A DNA stretch of 64,000 nucleotides. Source: Candidatus Poribacteria bacterium (GTDB lineage Bacteria; Poribacteria; WGA-4E; WGA-3G). Positions within the stretch are counted from its first letter, which is position 1. Each line of letters begins with the position of its first letter. The position numbers were made by a program, and so were the translations under genes. The stretch is taken from assembly GCA_965198235.1 (NCBI GenBank), contig OZ240248.1:1792001-1856000 (forward strand). The letters are read 5' to 3'. The notes beneath the pieces were generated by a model. It was not told where the DNA came from. It searched no databases and was given only the letters and a program-made list of their open reading frames with translations. Shown piece after piece: positions 1 to 9,226 of this stretch.

Positions 1-1
1 T

Positions 2-442
2 CCGGCTCAAGCGATGATTCGTCTCTTCTTGGCGCAGATGCGCTACGTCATGCCTGAGTATCAGATTGAACGGATTGCTAACGATCACTCAATTTACGAT
101 AACTTCTATGAAATGGGGGGTCCCCCTGTCGGATACGACATCTTCTGGTGGGGCACACGTCCACCGAAACGGAACTACCTTGAAGGTATCTCCGTCGGTG
201 AAAAGTTATCGGTTATCGTTGTCCGTCGTGACTACATGTGCGCAATGGAGTCTGTCAGTCTCCCGACGCGTAGTGTTCACTATTCACCCGGTGTGTATCG
301 TTTCATGACGAACGTTGTGGTGTATGCCTTGACACACGGTCAGATTTCTGATTATTCTGGTTATGTGCCTGAAGATACGTTAGCCAAGAAGGAACTTCCG
401 ACGAGCGCACCTGAAGCTGCGAAGGTCGGCGGTTTCGAGTAG
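2..442 (+). CDS. DUF4159-like domain protein, 5'-partial (frame open to the window edge)
   Basis: Motifs 'ERIANDHSIYDNFY..GGPP', 'LEGI', 'RRDYMCAME', 'FMTNVVVYALTH' resemble the DUF4159 C-terminal half. Confidence 0.6.
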   Translation, partial: PAQAMIRLFLAQMRYVMPEYQIERIANDHSIYDNFYEMGGPPVGYDIFWWGTRPPKRNYLEGISVGEKLSVIVVRRDYMCAMESVSLPTRSVHYSPGVYRFMTNVVVYALTHGQISDYSGYVPEDTLAKKELPTSAPEAAKVGGFE

Positions 443-485
443 AATTTTTGTATCTAAGCGCGGTTTTTAACCTCGCACTTTGTTT

Positions 486-524
486 GGGCTATTGAGTTAT
501 CCTCCAAGGGTAGCTGAATAGCCC
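486..524. repeat. Imperfect inverted repeat GGGCTATTGAGTTA...TAGCTGAATAGCCC; its arm is related to the AAAACYRAATAGCCC motif near 45630, 47017 and 53736
   Basis: 12/14 arm complementarity read directly from the sequence. Confidence 0.55.
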
Positions 525-790
525 TATATATTGCAATCAAACTCTCTTTCCAGTGATCTAAACACAACCCCTAATTTTCCCCAACAGCAATTACCTCCTA
601 TCGGACCCCATAAGTTTTTTAGAAGGATCTAATCAACTCACAACGATCTCAACCGATACGCTTTGCTGTGACCAACAACCCATCTCAATTTGGATGCGGA
701 TTTAATGAATCGTTAGTGGAATGTAATCTATACATCCAGCGCTGAAAATCCACGGCACAATTCCTAAAAAAATCCAGACTTTCGCACACT

Positions 791-1012
791 TTGTCCCGAT
801 GCCTCGTGTGGAAAGTTGGGCTGGATTGGAACGCATTTATTTATGTGTCAATCTTTCTCGCGCTGGGGCTGCTCATATCTTCCCGCGTGAGCAACTCGTC
901 AACAAGTCTTACGATACTCTTACTGATTTGGACGGTTTGGGTGGTCCTGCTGCCCTCTACGCTCGGAGCGACTACCAGTGGTCTACAGCCGACGATGACC
1001 AGTGACGAATGA
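791..1012 (+). pseudogene. Internal fragment of an ABC-2 type permease
   Basis: 'YVSIFLALGLLISSRVSNSSTSLTILLLIWTVWVVLLP' parallels 'YLSLFYLIGMLISAMTRRTSTALILSLFVWGFLVLVYP' of 2122..3627; N- and C-terminal parts are absent. Confidence 0.7.
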
Positions 1013-1265
1013 AGGATCAGAGTGGGGTCAGTGGAACGTCTACACGCGGCATAAAGACTGTGAGAAAATTAACTTGATAAAGCACTCTTTTTGATTGTAT
1101 ACTGTCTCACAATAGACTGCAAAGACAAAGGATTGGATAACGCAAGTTGTTAGTCAATTCTTTGTTAGGAGACATAATGTATTTGAGGCGCGCATAAGCC
1201 AACCGCCGGTAACCTCCTAATCGCGTTCGTTACTAACACACGCTATATGAAATTCAGTACCGCTT

Positions 1266-1454
1266 ATGAAATTCAGACAGCTCACTAAAATGATTGAAGA
1301 TGATGGATGGTATCACGACCGAACGAAAGGCAGTCATAGACAGTTTAAGCATCCTACAAAACCCGGAGTCGTCACAATTGCAGGAAAACCAAACGAAGAT
1401 GTCGACAAAGGAACACTCAATAGCATCCTGAAGCAAGCCGATCTCAAAAATTGA
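1266..1454 (+). CDS. hicA: HicA family type II toxin (mRNA interferase)
   Basis: 62 aa, 'DGWYHDRTKGSHRQFKHPTKPGVVTIAG...GTLNSILKQA' is a typical HicA pattern. Confidence 0.92.
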   Translation: MKFRQLTKMIEDDGWYHDRTKGSHRQFKHPTKPGVVTIAGKPNEDVDKGTLNSILKQADLKN

Positions 1455-1467
1455 GGAGGAAAACCTA

Positions 1468-1710
1468 ATGGAATATGTCGTTATTTTTGAAAAATTTGAA
1501 AACAATTACGGTGCGTATGTCCCCGATCTTCCAGGATGTGCTGTTGTAGGTGCGACACTCGATGAAGTGCGGAGACTGATCGCCGAAGCTATCGATTTTC
1601 ATATCGAAGGGCTGCAAGAAGCAGGTTATAATGTGCCACAGCCGTCATTGACATTACCTGTTCAAACCCCGCCAGGGCAGTCGTCCGAATTAATCGCGAC
1701 GCGGATCTAG
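1468..1710 (+). CDS. hicB: HicB family antitoxin
   Basis: 'YVVIFEK..NNYGAYVPDLPGCAVVGATLDEVRRLIAEAIDFHIEGL'; GAGGAG RBS; follows hicA. Confidence 0.92.
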   Translation: MEYVVIFEKFENNYGAYVPDLPGCAVVGATLDEVRRLIAEAIDFHIEGLQEAGYNVPQPSLTLPVQTPPGQSSELIATRI

Positions 1711-1724
1711 CTCGGATACAAACT

Positions 1725-2117
1725 TTGGAAGGCGAGACCTACACACTATCGGCGATGTCTGGAAAGATCGTTTTACTTGATGTTGGAGCGTCGTGGTGCG
1801 GTCCCTGTAACATGGCGATCCCGGAGGTCAAAACCATCTATAAGCACTTTAGCAAAACCGAGGATGTCGTCGTCTGGGGCATCAATGATGGGGAAACCCC
1901 TCAGAAAGTTCGGGAGTTTTTAGACGAATATCAGCCACCCTGGCCCGTTCTACTTGACCCACATCGGCAGGTGAGAAAGGCTTATCAGATTGAAAGGATC
2001 CCCTTTTTTATCTTGATTGACAAAAAGGGGAATTGGCAATACAGTTTTGAAAGTTCAAATCTCATAAGCGGTCAGCCCTTAATCTGGCTGATTGAAGCAC
2101 TCCTGTCAGATGCGTGA
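1725..2117 (+). CDS. TlpA/ResA-like redoxin domain (WCGPC), probably 5'-truncated
   Basis: 'GKIVLLDVGASWCGPC', cis-Pro loop 'RIPFFILIDKKG'; starts mid-domain right after the hicB stop, no RBS or signal peptide. Confidence 0.75.
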   Translation: MEGETYTLSAMSGKIVLLDVGASWCGPCNMAIPEVKTIYKHFSKTEDVVVWGINDGETPQKVREFLDEYQPPWPVLLDPHRQVRKAYQIERIPFFILIDKKGNWQYSFESSNLISGQPLIWLIEALLSDA

Positions 2118-2121
2118 TAAT

Positions 2122-3627
2122 ATGATGTTACTGATACTTATTCGACGAGAACTCCTGGACAATCTAATGACGTTCCGATTTGCGGCAGCTGTCGTGATTA
2201 TGCTGTTGCTCGTTGTTGCGAATACCGTTGTGCTCATCAAGGACTATGAACTGCGGTTGGCGGACTATAACACCGCTGTCAAAACCCATCGGCAGGAACT
2301 CCTGGAGATCAAAACCTATTCGGCAGGAAATATAACCTTTGACCGCCCGCCGAACCCGTTGAGCATTTTCAACACGGGTTTAGATAAGCGATTGGGAAAC
2401 GAAATTGAGGTTTCTCACATTTATATACCGACAATTTGGGATGCCAAAAAGCACGAAGCGGATAATCCATATTTCAACATCCTCACTTCAATCGACATTG
2501 TCCTTATTTTTCAGGGGGTCCTCAGCCTGTTGGCACTCACTTTCGCCTACGATGCCATCGCCGGAGAATACGAACGTGGCACCCTACGCTTGGTGCTCAC
2601 CCATCCAGTCGGGCGTGGGTACGTCCTGTTTGCCAAGTATACCGGTGCGATGGTATGCTTGTTTGTGCCATTGCTGATGAGCCTGCTCCTTATGCTGATT
2701 TTGCTGACGACATCCACTACGATTTCCCTGAACACCGATGATTTCCTGCGTATCGGTGGGATTGTTCTGACATCACTCGTTTATCTGTCGCTGTTCTACC
2801 TTATCGGCATGCTCATTTCTGCAATGACACGTCGAACCAGCACTGCGCTCATTCTGTCGCTATTCGTCTGGGGGTTTTTAGTGCTCGTCTACCCAAATCT
2901 GATTCTCACGGCAGTTGCAACTGACCCGCAAGCGGAAAAAGAAACCGCCGCTTACAATCGGATTAAACGGATGTGGGAAGAACTTGAGAGAAAGCAGAAC
3001 CAATTTCTCGTTAATGACCCTGTCCCAGGGGAAGATTGGGGGTTTGACTTTGATGGGGCAAGTTACATTTTTTGGTCGTTTGAAGACAAACCATCAAGAT
3101 TACTGTATTGGTACCACGCTGGGTCCCATCTTGAAACGATTGACGAGAAATTTGAACCACAGGTGCCACATGCTCAGAATTATTACCACTTCTTGGGAAC
3201 ACTGACCGTCAATACCGTAGAACGAACGTGGCGCCTCCGAAAGCCGGGACTCGATGCTATCTACGTCCAACCCGTAAATAGAGAGCGAATGTTATTAAAG
3301 TTTTCGCCCGCGGGTCTGTATGATGCAGCAACCGAAGCTTGGGCTGGCACTGACTTCAATGGCATCCAAGATTTTTTCACAGCGGCGCAACGCTACCGAC
3401 AAGCAGTCGTCAATTATTATTATGATGAAAAAATATTTGCGTCCCGGCAATGGTTTGCTGCCGATCAGGGTGCCGTTGATTGGAACACACTCCCGCAGTT
3501 CTCTTTTCAGAGAAGCGATATAGGCGTAAATGCAAAACGGGCATTGCCGGATTTATTCTTCCTGCTCACGATGAATGTCCTTCTCTTTATAGCGATATTT
3601 CTCGTTTTTATCAAAAGTGAAGTGTAG
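2122..3627 (+). CDS. ABC-2 family transporter permease subunit
   Basis: 'LIRRELLDNL', 'AYDAIAGEYERGTLRLVLTHPVGR..VLFAKY', multiple TM helices; start moved from 2092 to ATG 2122. Confidence 0.85.
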   Translation: MMLLILIRRELLDNLMTFRFAAAVVIMLLLVVANTVVLIKDYELRLADYNTAVKTHRQELLEIKTYSAGNITFDRPPNPLSIFNTGLDKRLGNEIEVSHIYIPTIWDAKKHEADNPYFNILTSIDIVLIFQGVLSLLALTFAYDAIAGEYERGTLRLVLTHPVGRGYVLFAKYTGAMVCLFVPLLMSLLLMLILLTTSTTISLNTDDFLRIGGIVLTSLVYLSLFYLIGMLISAMTRRTSTALILSLFVWGFLVLVYPNLILTAVATDPQAEKETAAYNRIKRMWEELERKQNQFLVNDPVPGEDWGFDFDGASYIFWSFEDKPSRLLYWYHAGSHLETIDEKFEPQVPHAQNYYHFLGTLTVNTVERTWRLRKPGLDAIYVQPVNRERMLLKFSPAGLYDAATEAWAGTDFNGIQDFFTAAQRYRQAVVNYYYDEKIFASRQWFAADQGAVDWNTLPQFSFQRSDIGVNAKRALPDLFFLLTMNVLLFIAIFLVFIKSEV

Positions 3628-3628
3628 A

Positions 3629-3830
3629 GTGGTTGTCAGCGATCAGCAGTCAGCAATCAGTTAATTCTTATGGCAGTTGCGTGTCCCTTGAATGTCGTAG
3701 AATTCTCATACTGAAAACTGAAAGGGTGCGCAGCACCCGTACTGACAACTGATGACTGTAAAACTGACAACTGAAAGGATTACGCAGTAATCCGTACTGA
3801 TAACTGACAACCAATAACTGACAACTGAAC
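3629..3830. repeat. Family A intergenic element: heptamer arms (TCAGCRR)n / (CTGAYRR)n with two nested GCA-triloop hairpins
   Basis: tcagcgatcagcagtcagcaatcag left arm; ctgacaa/ctgataa right arm; hairpins 3724-3738 and 3777-3793. Confidence 0.8.
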
Positions 3831-4029
3831 TCATGTTCGCGAATTAATTCCATGAATAGCATCTCCCTCCATATGAAGATTCTACTGCTTCAAAAGTAAG
3901 CAGTGAGAAATTATATCAACTTTGTCTCGTCGTAACTTCGCGTTAATTTTTACTCCTCAACCCTTTTCTTGTGTGTTAAACTGTACGGGACACCAAAATG
4001 GCATCTTCATATACCAATCAACGTTCACG

Positions 4030-4600
4030 ATAGGAATCGTAGTTTTGGTGATTCCCAACTTCAGTCCATTTTTAGCCGCCTATTTGCGACCTACATCCAC
4101 AGTGTATGAAGTCCATGAGAATATACGAAGATTGTCAATGGACATTCGGCAACAGAGCCGGGAGGCGGTGGAGGAGTTCATACACGAACACGGCGGCGAT
4201 CTAACAGCGTTGAGCGATGCGGAAAAACAAACTATAGACAAAATTCGTGCGAAAGCGGAGCGAAAACAGATGGACCTAAGTGTGGGAAAAGCAGCAGAAA
4301 TCCGACAAGATTTCATCAATAAGGTTGAAGCACAAGCCGATATGAACCTGTCCATATCCCTAATTTCGCCCTCAGCAGCATTTGTTTATTTAGCGACTGA
4401 TGTAGCGAATACCGGAATTCTCAGCGAATGGAATTTCCGTCGCTCTGTTATTCGATACCGTCGCCAATATGCCGAACACGTCAACAACTATATTGAAGAA
4501 ACAGGGACTATGAAATTCTACAACGTATTTTGAAAGCAGATCCGCCAGATTTTGTTCCACCGAGATTTTTTGTTTCAGACTTGATATTACACGCAACGTG
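4030..4600 (+). pseudogene. C-terminal fragment of an ABC permease, frameshifted near 4505
   Basis: 'VVLVIPNFSPFLAAYLRP...ISPSAAFVYLATDVANTG' is permease-like; after acagggactat the plausible coding continues in another frame (DYEILQRILKADPPDF); no proper N-terminus. Confidence 0.6.
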
Positions 4601-4752
4601 GAAACGACTTCGCGCGCGGCTGTAGCGATAGCGCGCTCCTCAAAGATTGAAGGGCGGCTCCGAACCGTTCTCGCTGAAAATCTGAATCGGCATCCAGTGC
4701 GGAAGGTTACCGTAGGGATCCGTTAGCTGACGATACTCATTCTCATCTCGTT

Positions 4753-6147
4753 TTGCATCCAGTGCCCGTAGGGATGGTTTTGCGCGATGCGATGCGTTTG
4801 GCGCAAGCGGTTAACCCAGAGGAAACACTGGACGAACAAATTCTTCAGGAGGCATCCAAATCGCAACCGGTCCCAGAAGAGTTACAACCAAAACTTGGAG
4901 AAGTCGGACAGGACTCAGGTTTAAAGCAGGACCAGAAAAATGTTGAAATCTGCACCCAAAATTTGGTTGCGATTGGCAAAGCAATCCAAGCCTACCAGAA
5001 GGAACACAACGATTTTCCAGAGTGGCTGTCGGAACTCCATCCGAAATACTTGCCAGATGCGAATAGCTTACTTTGTCCAGCAGATGAAGACGGTGGCAAG
5101 ACTTATTTTCTTATCAATAGGGATCCAAAAATGTCCATGAGTTACGACTACCAATTTCACCCTCAGTATCGAGCAACAAAAACTGAGGAACGCCTCATGT
5201 ATGGGGATGTTTTACCGCTTGTCCGTTGCCGACATCATAAGAATCGAGCGTTTGAATGTCTAAACTTGAATTTCGCTTTTAAGGTATTTTGGTCATCTGG
5301 TGTGTACACACCGGATCAGTTGTATGAAACCGTTGAGGGAGCCATTGAAGCATTGGAAAAAGGGCTTCAGCGACAAGCAGATAATGAACGGTTCTTTCAT
5401 GTCTATCGTACACTCGCGCATCTCTATATTGAAGTCGGACGCGAAAAAGATGCCGAGCACCTCATTAATCGTTTCAAATCGGTTATAAAACCTGATGACC
5501 TTCAGGCACATTTTATTCTCAGCAGGATGCTTGAAATGGCGAATCAGCATGAAGAAGTGCTTAAAGTTTTTGAGAATCTTGAGGAGTGGTATCCGGAGAA
5601 CTACCGCGTTCTTGAAGAACTTGCGAGGATTCATGAGGAACTGGGTAATTCCGATCTCGCCGCGGAATATCGGAGAAAGGCGGATCCAATGTCGGAGCTT
5701 GTAGGAAAAGTTGTGCATGGCTTTTCTGCGACAGACCTTGATGGTAAACCGATTTCGCTTCAGGACTATCGTGGGAAAGTTGTCTTGCTTGACTTTTGGG
5801 GAGTGTGGTGTGGTTTCTGCATTGACGAAATGCCGAATCTCAAAAAAGTCTACGCTACCTATAAGGATCAGGGATTTGACATCATCGGTGTTAGTCTTGA
5901 TGATGAGGAATCGGAACTGCGGGACTACATTAAGGAGAACGACATCCGGTGGCGGCAGATTTACAGCGGTGAAAGGTGGGAGGACGATCCACTCGCACAG
6001 CAGTATGAAATTATGGGTGTTCCGGAACAGTGGCTTATTGACAGAGGTGGCAAATTAATCACGCATAAAGCCAGAGGGTTGAAGTTGGAACAACTCGTAG
6101 TGGAAGCACTCAAGGACAAATCTGCAGATCAATCAATAATAGATTAA
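4753..6147 (+). CDS. Pseudopilin/DUF1559-like domain + TPR + TlpA-like redoxin (WCGFC); N-terminus uncertain
   Basis: 'CTQNLVAIGKAIQAYQKEHNDFPEWLSEL..YL....LLCPAD'; TPR helices; 'GKVVLLDFWGVWCGFC'; first ~20 codons fall in palindromic repeat-like DNA. Confidence 0.75.
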   Translation: MHPVPVGMVLRDAMRLAQAVNPEETLDEQILQEASKSQPVPEELQPKLGEVGQDSGLKQDQKNVEICTQNLVAIGKAIQAYQKEHNDFPEWLSELHPKYLPDANSLLCPADEDGGKTYFLINRDPKMSMSYDYQFHPQYRATKTEERLMYGDVLPLVRCRHHKNRAFECLNLNFAFKVFWSSGVYTPDQLYETVEGAIEALEKGLQRQADNERFFHVYRTLAHLYIEVGREKDAEHLINRFKSVIKPDDLQAHFILSRMLEMANQHEEVLKVFENLEEWYPENYRVLEELARIHEELGNSDLAAEYRRKADPMSELVGKVVHGFSATDLDGKPISLQDYRGKVVLLDFWGVWCGFCIDEMPNLKKVYATYKDQGFDIIGVSLDDEESELRDYIKENDIRWRQIYSGERWEDDPLAQQYEIMGVPEQWLIDRGGKLITHKARGLKLEQLVVEALKDKSADQSIID

Positions 6148-6259
6148 ACGAAAAAGCGCAGTTTCATATAATTCCTATTAACGTGGGTTTGATATAAAGA
6201 TTAGAGAAATCCGACACGATATATCACACCCATCCCAGGCTTGTGAGGGACAGATTCCC

Positions 6260-6332
6260 GCACTCCAGAGGAGTGCTATGTCTATAGAAATCCAATGCCC
6301 AAATTCTTGCACTCCAGAGGAGTGCTATGTCT
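6260..6332. repeat. Two exact 24-nt direct repeats GCACTCCAGAGGAGTGCTATGTCT, each containing a 7-bp hairpin
   Basis: Copies at 6260-6283 and 6309-6332; related hairpin+ATGTCTRTAGA at 24425-24451. Confidence 0.8.
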
Positions 6333-6345
6333 GGTAGATTTCATC

Positions 6346-6447
6346 GTAGGTTGGGTTGAACGGATAATGCCGAACGCTCGCAGTCTAAAAACTGCTGGCA
6401 CTTTTCCCACACATCTTCTTCATAGAGATAATGAGTGAAACCCAACG
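6346..6447 (+). repeat. GTAG-type REP-like element (GTAGGTTGGGTTGAACG ... GAAACCCAACG)
   Basis: Same 17-nt start at 8184-8200; inverted copy at 51312-51456; GTAG foot typical of RAYT-associated REPs. Confidence 0.7.
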
Positions 6448-6488
6448 CTTTTCTAAATCGTCCCAACAATAGGAGGCAAAATAAGATA

Positions 6489-8177
6489 GTGGTAGACTTT
6501 AGCAACACTCTTAGTAGGACAGCAAGTGTGCAGATAGAAGCACATTGGGATCCAATCGAGAATACAGCGAATAACTTACATCGGTCAACAGAAGAAAAGT
6601 TTAATCGAGCCAAGGCACAGTGGCGAGAGCCGGTGGATATGACGTGGGAACAGTGGTTGGAGGTGTTCAATCCCGGACCTGCACATCCGCTGAAGAATTA
6701 CAGCACGGCAGATTTTCAAATCTTTCTTCCACCGTCAACCGTCAATGTCGGGGGTGTCTGGGACTTGGACCCAGAGGGAATTCTCCCTTTTCTACGCCAG
6801 TTTCACCCAAGTGCAACAATGAAAATCCCACGTTATGGCTCCATTCCATCCGATCAGAAAGATGCAAAGGCGTGCTTACGGGCACTTTCGTCTGAATATG
6901 CTGACATCGTTTTCCGAATTCATCCGCGCTTTACACTGGACGCGTCCATTGATGCCTACTTTATGCCAGCGCAATTTGCCGGACATCTGGTAATCAATCG
7001 CGACAACGGAACGGTTTGTCAATGGACGCTATCGCTTCCGAGACGCAATAGTAATGTAGATATCGGTGCTTTTAGAACTCACGATTTGGGGTTCGTTCCT
7101 CGCATGGAGCTCTACAGTTTATCGGAGACGCAGCCAGAATCGATTGCTTGGGAGGTAGCTATCACTGAGGAAGAAGTCGATAAGAAGTTTCAGAAAGCAC
7201 TCTACAAGTTCGCTGAAATTGAATGGACCCCTATTGAAGATGCGGTCGAACTCGCAAAAGCATTGAATCGCCCGATTCATGCGGTACTTTTATTCGGTGT
7301 ACTCGACGATGAATCCTGCTGAGGGACAGGCAAAAGTTTGAGAGCGGGTCCGCTCTCCTCACCGAAAATTATCAATTTGCTCAACACGCACTTTGTGAAC
7401 GTCTGGGTTCTGCTGAGAGAGTTGCCCGAACTGCAGGCGGGTACCAAAGGGGCAGCAGCTGGTGCCTTGGCAACGAAACTTTGGCAGCATTACTCCGATT
7501 CTGTGGACATCCTAACACTGACCCCCGAATTGGAAGTGATTGAACATCTGCCCAGCAAAAGTTTATTGCATCTCGATTATCTACCTCGTAGTGAGCGAAT
7601 ACCCCGATATTTAGAATTGCTAAAGTCATCCGCGGGTGTGGAAGTTGCGGCACAAAAGCTGAGGAAACTTGAAGAGCAGTCCCCCGAAAAGCACAGTCTA
7701 CCCCGCAGATTTGCCAATATCTATGAAGAATTTGGAAACCCTGTGCCTGATTTTTCTGCGACAGATCTTGATGGAAAACCGATTTCGCTCCAGCAATATC
7801 ATGGGAAAGTCGTCCTACTCGATTTTTGGGCGGTCTGGAGTGGTTTCTGCATCGGAGATATACTGAAGGTCAAGAAGATTTACGATACCTATAAAGATCA
7901 GGGATTTGACATTATCGGGGTTAGCCTCGACACCGATGAAATGAAGCTGCGAAATTACCTTAAGAAAAATAACATCCCTTGGCGACAGATTTTCAGTGGG
8001 CAAGAACGGCAGAGTCCACTTGCACAACAGTATGACGTTCGCTCTATTCCAGCACGGTGGCTTATCGATAGAGATGGCAAGCTGATCGCTCAGGAAGCCC
8101 ATCACAAGTTGATCGCCCGTAAAGGCAGGACGGCAGATTTAGAGCAGCTTGTGGCAGCGGCAATCGAAAACTGGTAG
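6489..8177 (+). CDS. Selenoprotein N (SELENON)-like selenoprotein fused to a TlpA-like redoxin (SxxC); in-frame TGA 7320-7322 read as Sec
   Basis: ORFs 6435..7322 and 7338..8177 share one frame; joined sequence LLFGVLDDESC-U-GTGKSLRAGPLSSPKIINLLNTHFVNVW matches the human SELENON motif [19 protein letters not shown]; hairpin 7340-7357; AGGAGG at 6471 before GTG 6489. Confidence 0.88.
7320..7361 (+). promoter_or_regulatory. Putative bacterial SECIS element
   Basis: GAGAGCG-GGTC-CGCTCTC perfect 7-bp stem with G-containing apical loop 25 nt after the TGA; TGAGGG can also pair with TCCTCA (7356-7361). Confidence 0.7.
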
Positions 8178-8183
8178 CCTTCC

Positions 8184-8300
8184 GTAGGTTGGGTTGAACG
8201 AATCTGTGAGGTCTGATGCGGAGTCTCGTAAGTGCGTCAAGTCCAATACAGCCGCCTATACACTCATCTGACAACTGACAACTGATAACCGATAACCAAT
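8184..8300. repeat. GTAG REP start plus a Family A right arm (CTGACAA)n
   Basis: gtaggttgggttgaacg at 8184; ctgacaactgacaactgataaccgataacc at 8268-8298. Confidence 0.65.
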
Positions 8301-8375
8301 CAAAAGAGTGGATTTAGCATTCCGAGTTATGCTATCATAAAGAGCACAAATACTCTAACTGAGGTAATAAATAAA

Positions 8376-9200
8376 TTGAAACTCGGTGTATCCACTTATT
8401 CTTATTGGCATTTCAAACCTGAACGGGTGCCGATTGAGCACGTTATCGAGGAAGCCGCACAGCTCGAACTCGATGGCGTTGAAATCTTACATCAACAGAT
8501 GGCATCGGAAGCCAATCCGTATCTCCAGAAACTGAAAAGGCTCGCTTTCATACATGGACTTGATCTGTACGCGCTCTCCATCCATCAGGGCTTCGTTTCG
8601 CCAGACGAAGCAACACGTCAAAAAAATATCAATCACACCATCCACTGCATCCGATTAGCACACGAACTCGGCATCCCCGCAATTCGCCTCAACTCAGGAC
8701 GATGGGGCACTGTTCCTTCTTTTAATGAATTAATGAAAACCGAAGGGCAAGAACCGACACTCCCCGGACACACAGAAAACGAGGCGTTTGAGTGGGTAAT
8801 CGCAGCTATCGAAAAGTGTCTTCCAGACGCTGAAAAACATGGGGTTGTTCTTGGACTTGAAAACCATTGGGGACTAACATGCACGCCCGAAGGTGTCAAT
8901 CGCATCGTCTCCGCTATTGATTCAGAATGGTTGAAAGTGACAATGGATTGTGGCAATTTCCTTTCAGATCCATATCAAAAACTGGAACAGATTGCAGATG
9001 AAGCAGTGCTTGTCCATGCCAAAACCTATTACGGTGGTGGCGAATGGTATACATTAGATTTGGATTATGCTAAAATAGGTAATATTCTAAAAGATGTTGG
9101 ATTTCGGGGATACGTATCCATTGAATTTGAAGGGAAAGCCGAGGCACATGTCGGTGTCCCACAGAGTGTGGCGATGCTCCGCGATGCCATCCCTCAATAG
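8376..9200 (+). CDS. Sugar phosphate isomerase/epimerase (xylose isomerase-like TIM barrel)
   Basis: 'LDGVEI', 'LGLENHWG', 'MDCGNF', 'VHAK', 'GYVSIEFEG' metal-binding pattern; GAGG RBS before TTG. Confidence 0.88.
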   Translation: MKLGVSTYSYWHFKPERVPIEHVIEEAAQLELDGVEILHQQMASEANPYLQKLKRLAFIHGLDLYALSIHQGFVSPDEATRQKNINHTIHCIRLAHELGIPAIRLNSGRWGTVPSFNELMKTEGQEPTLPGHTENEAFEWVIAAIEKCLPDAEKHGVVLGLENHWGLTCTPEGVNRIVSAIDSEWLKVTMDCGNFLSDPYQKLEQIADEAVLVHAKTYYGGGEWYTLDLDYAKIGNILKDVGFRGYVSIEFEGKAEAHVGVPQSVAMLRDAIPQ

Positions 9201-9226
9201 CATGACACAATTTGGAGAAACTTCTA

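Noticed and set aside
4531-4533. TGA ending ORF 3922..4533 as Sec
   Set aside because: The plausible coding continues in a different frame from ~4505, indicating a frameshift
6260-6332. Two palindromic 24-nt direct repeats with a 25-nt spacer, CRISPR-like
   Set aside because: Only two copies, no cas genes, and a related unit occurs singly at 24425; better explained as a REP-type repeat
5713-8100. Similar redoxin DNA at ~5720-6070 and ~7750-8090 as a DGR template/variable pair
   Set aside because: Differences are mostly synonymous and not adenine-specific; no reverse transcriptase; ordinary paralogy
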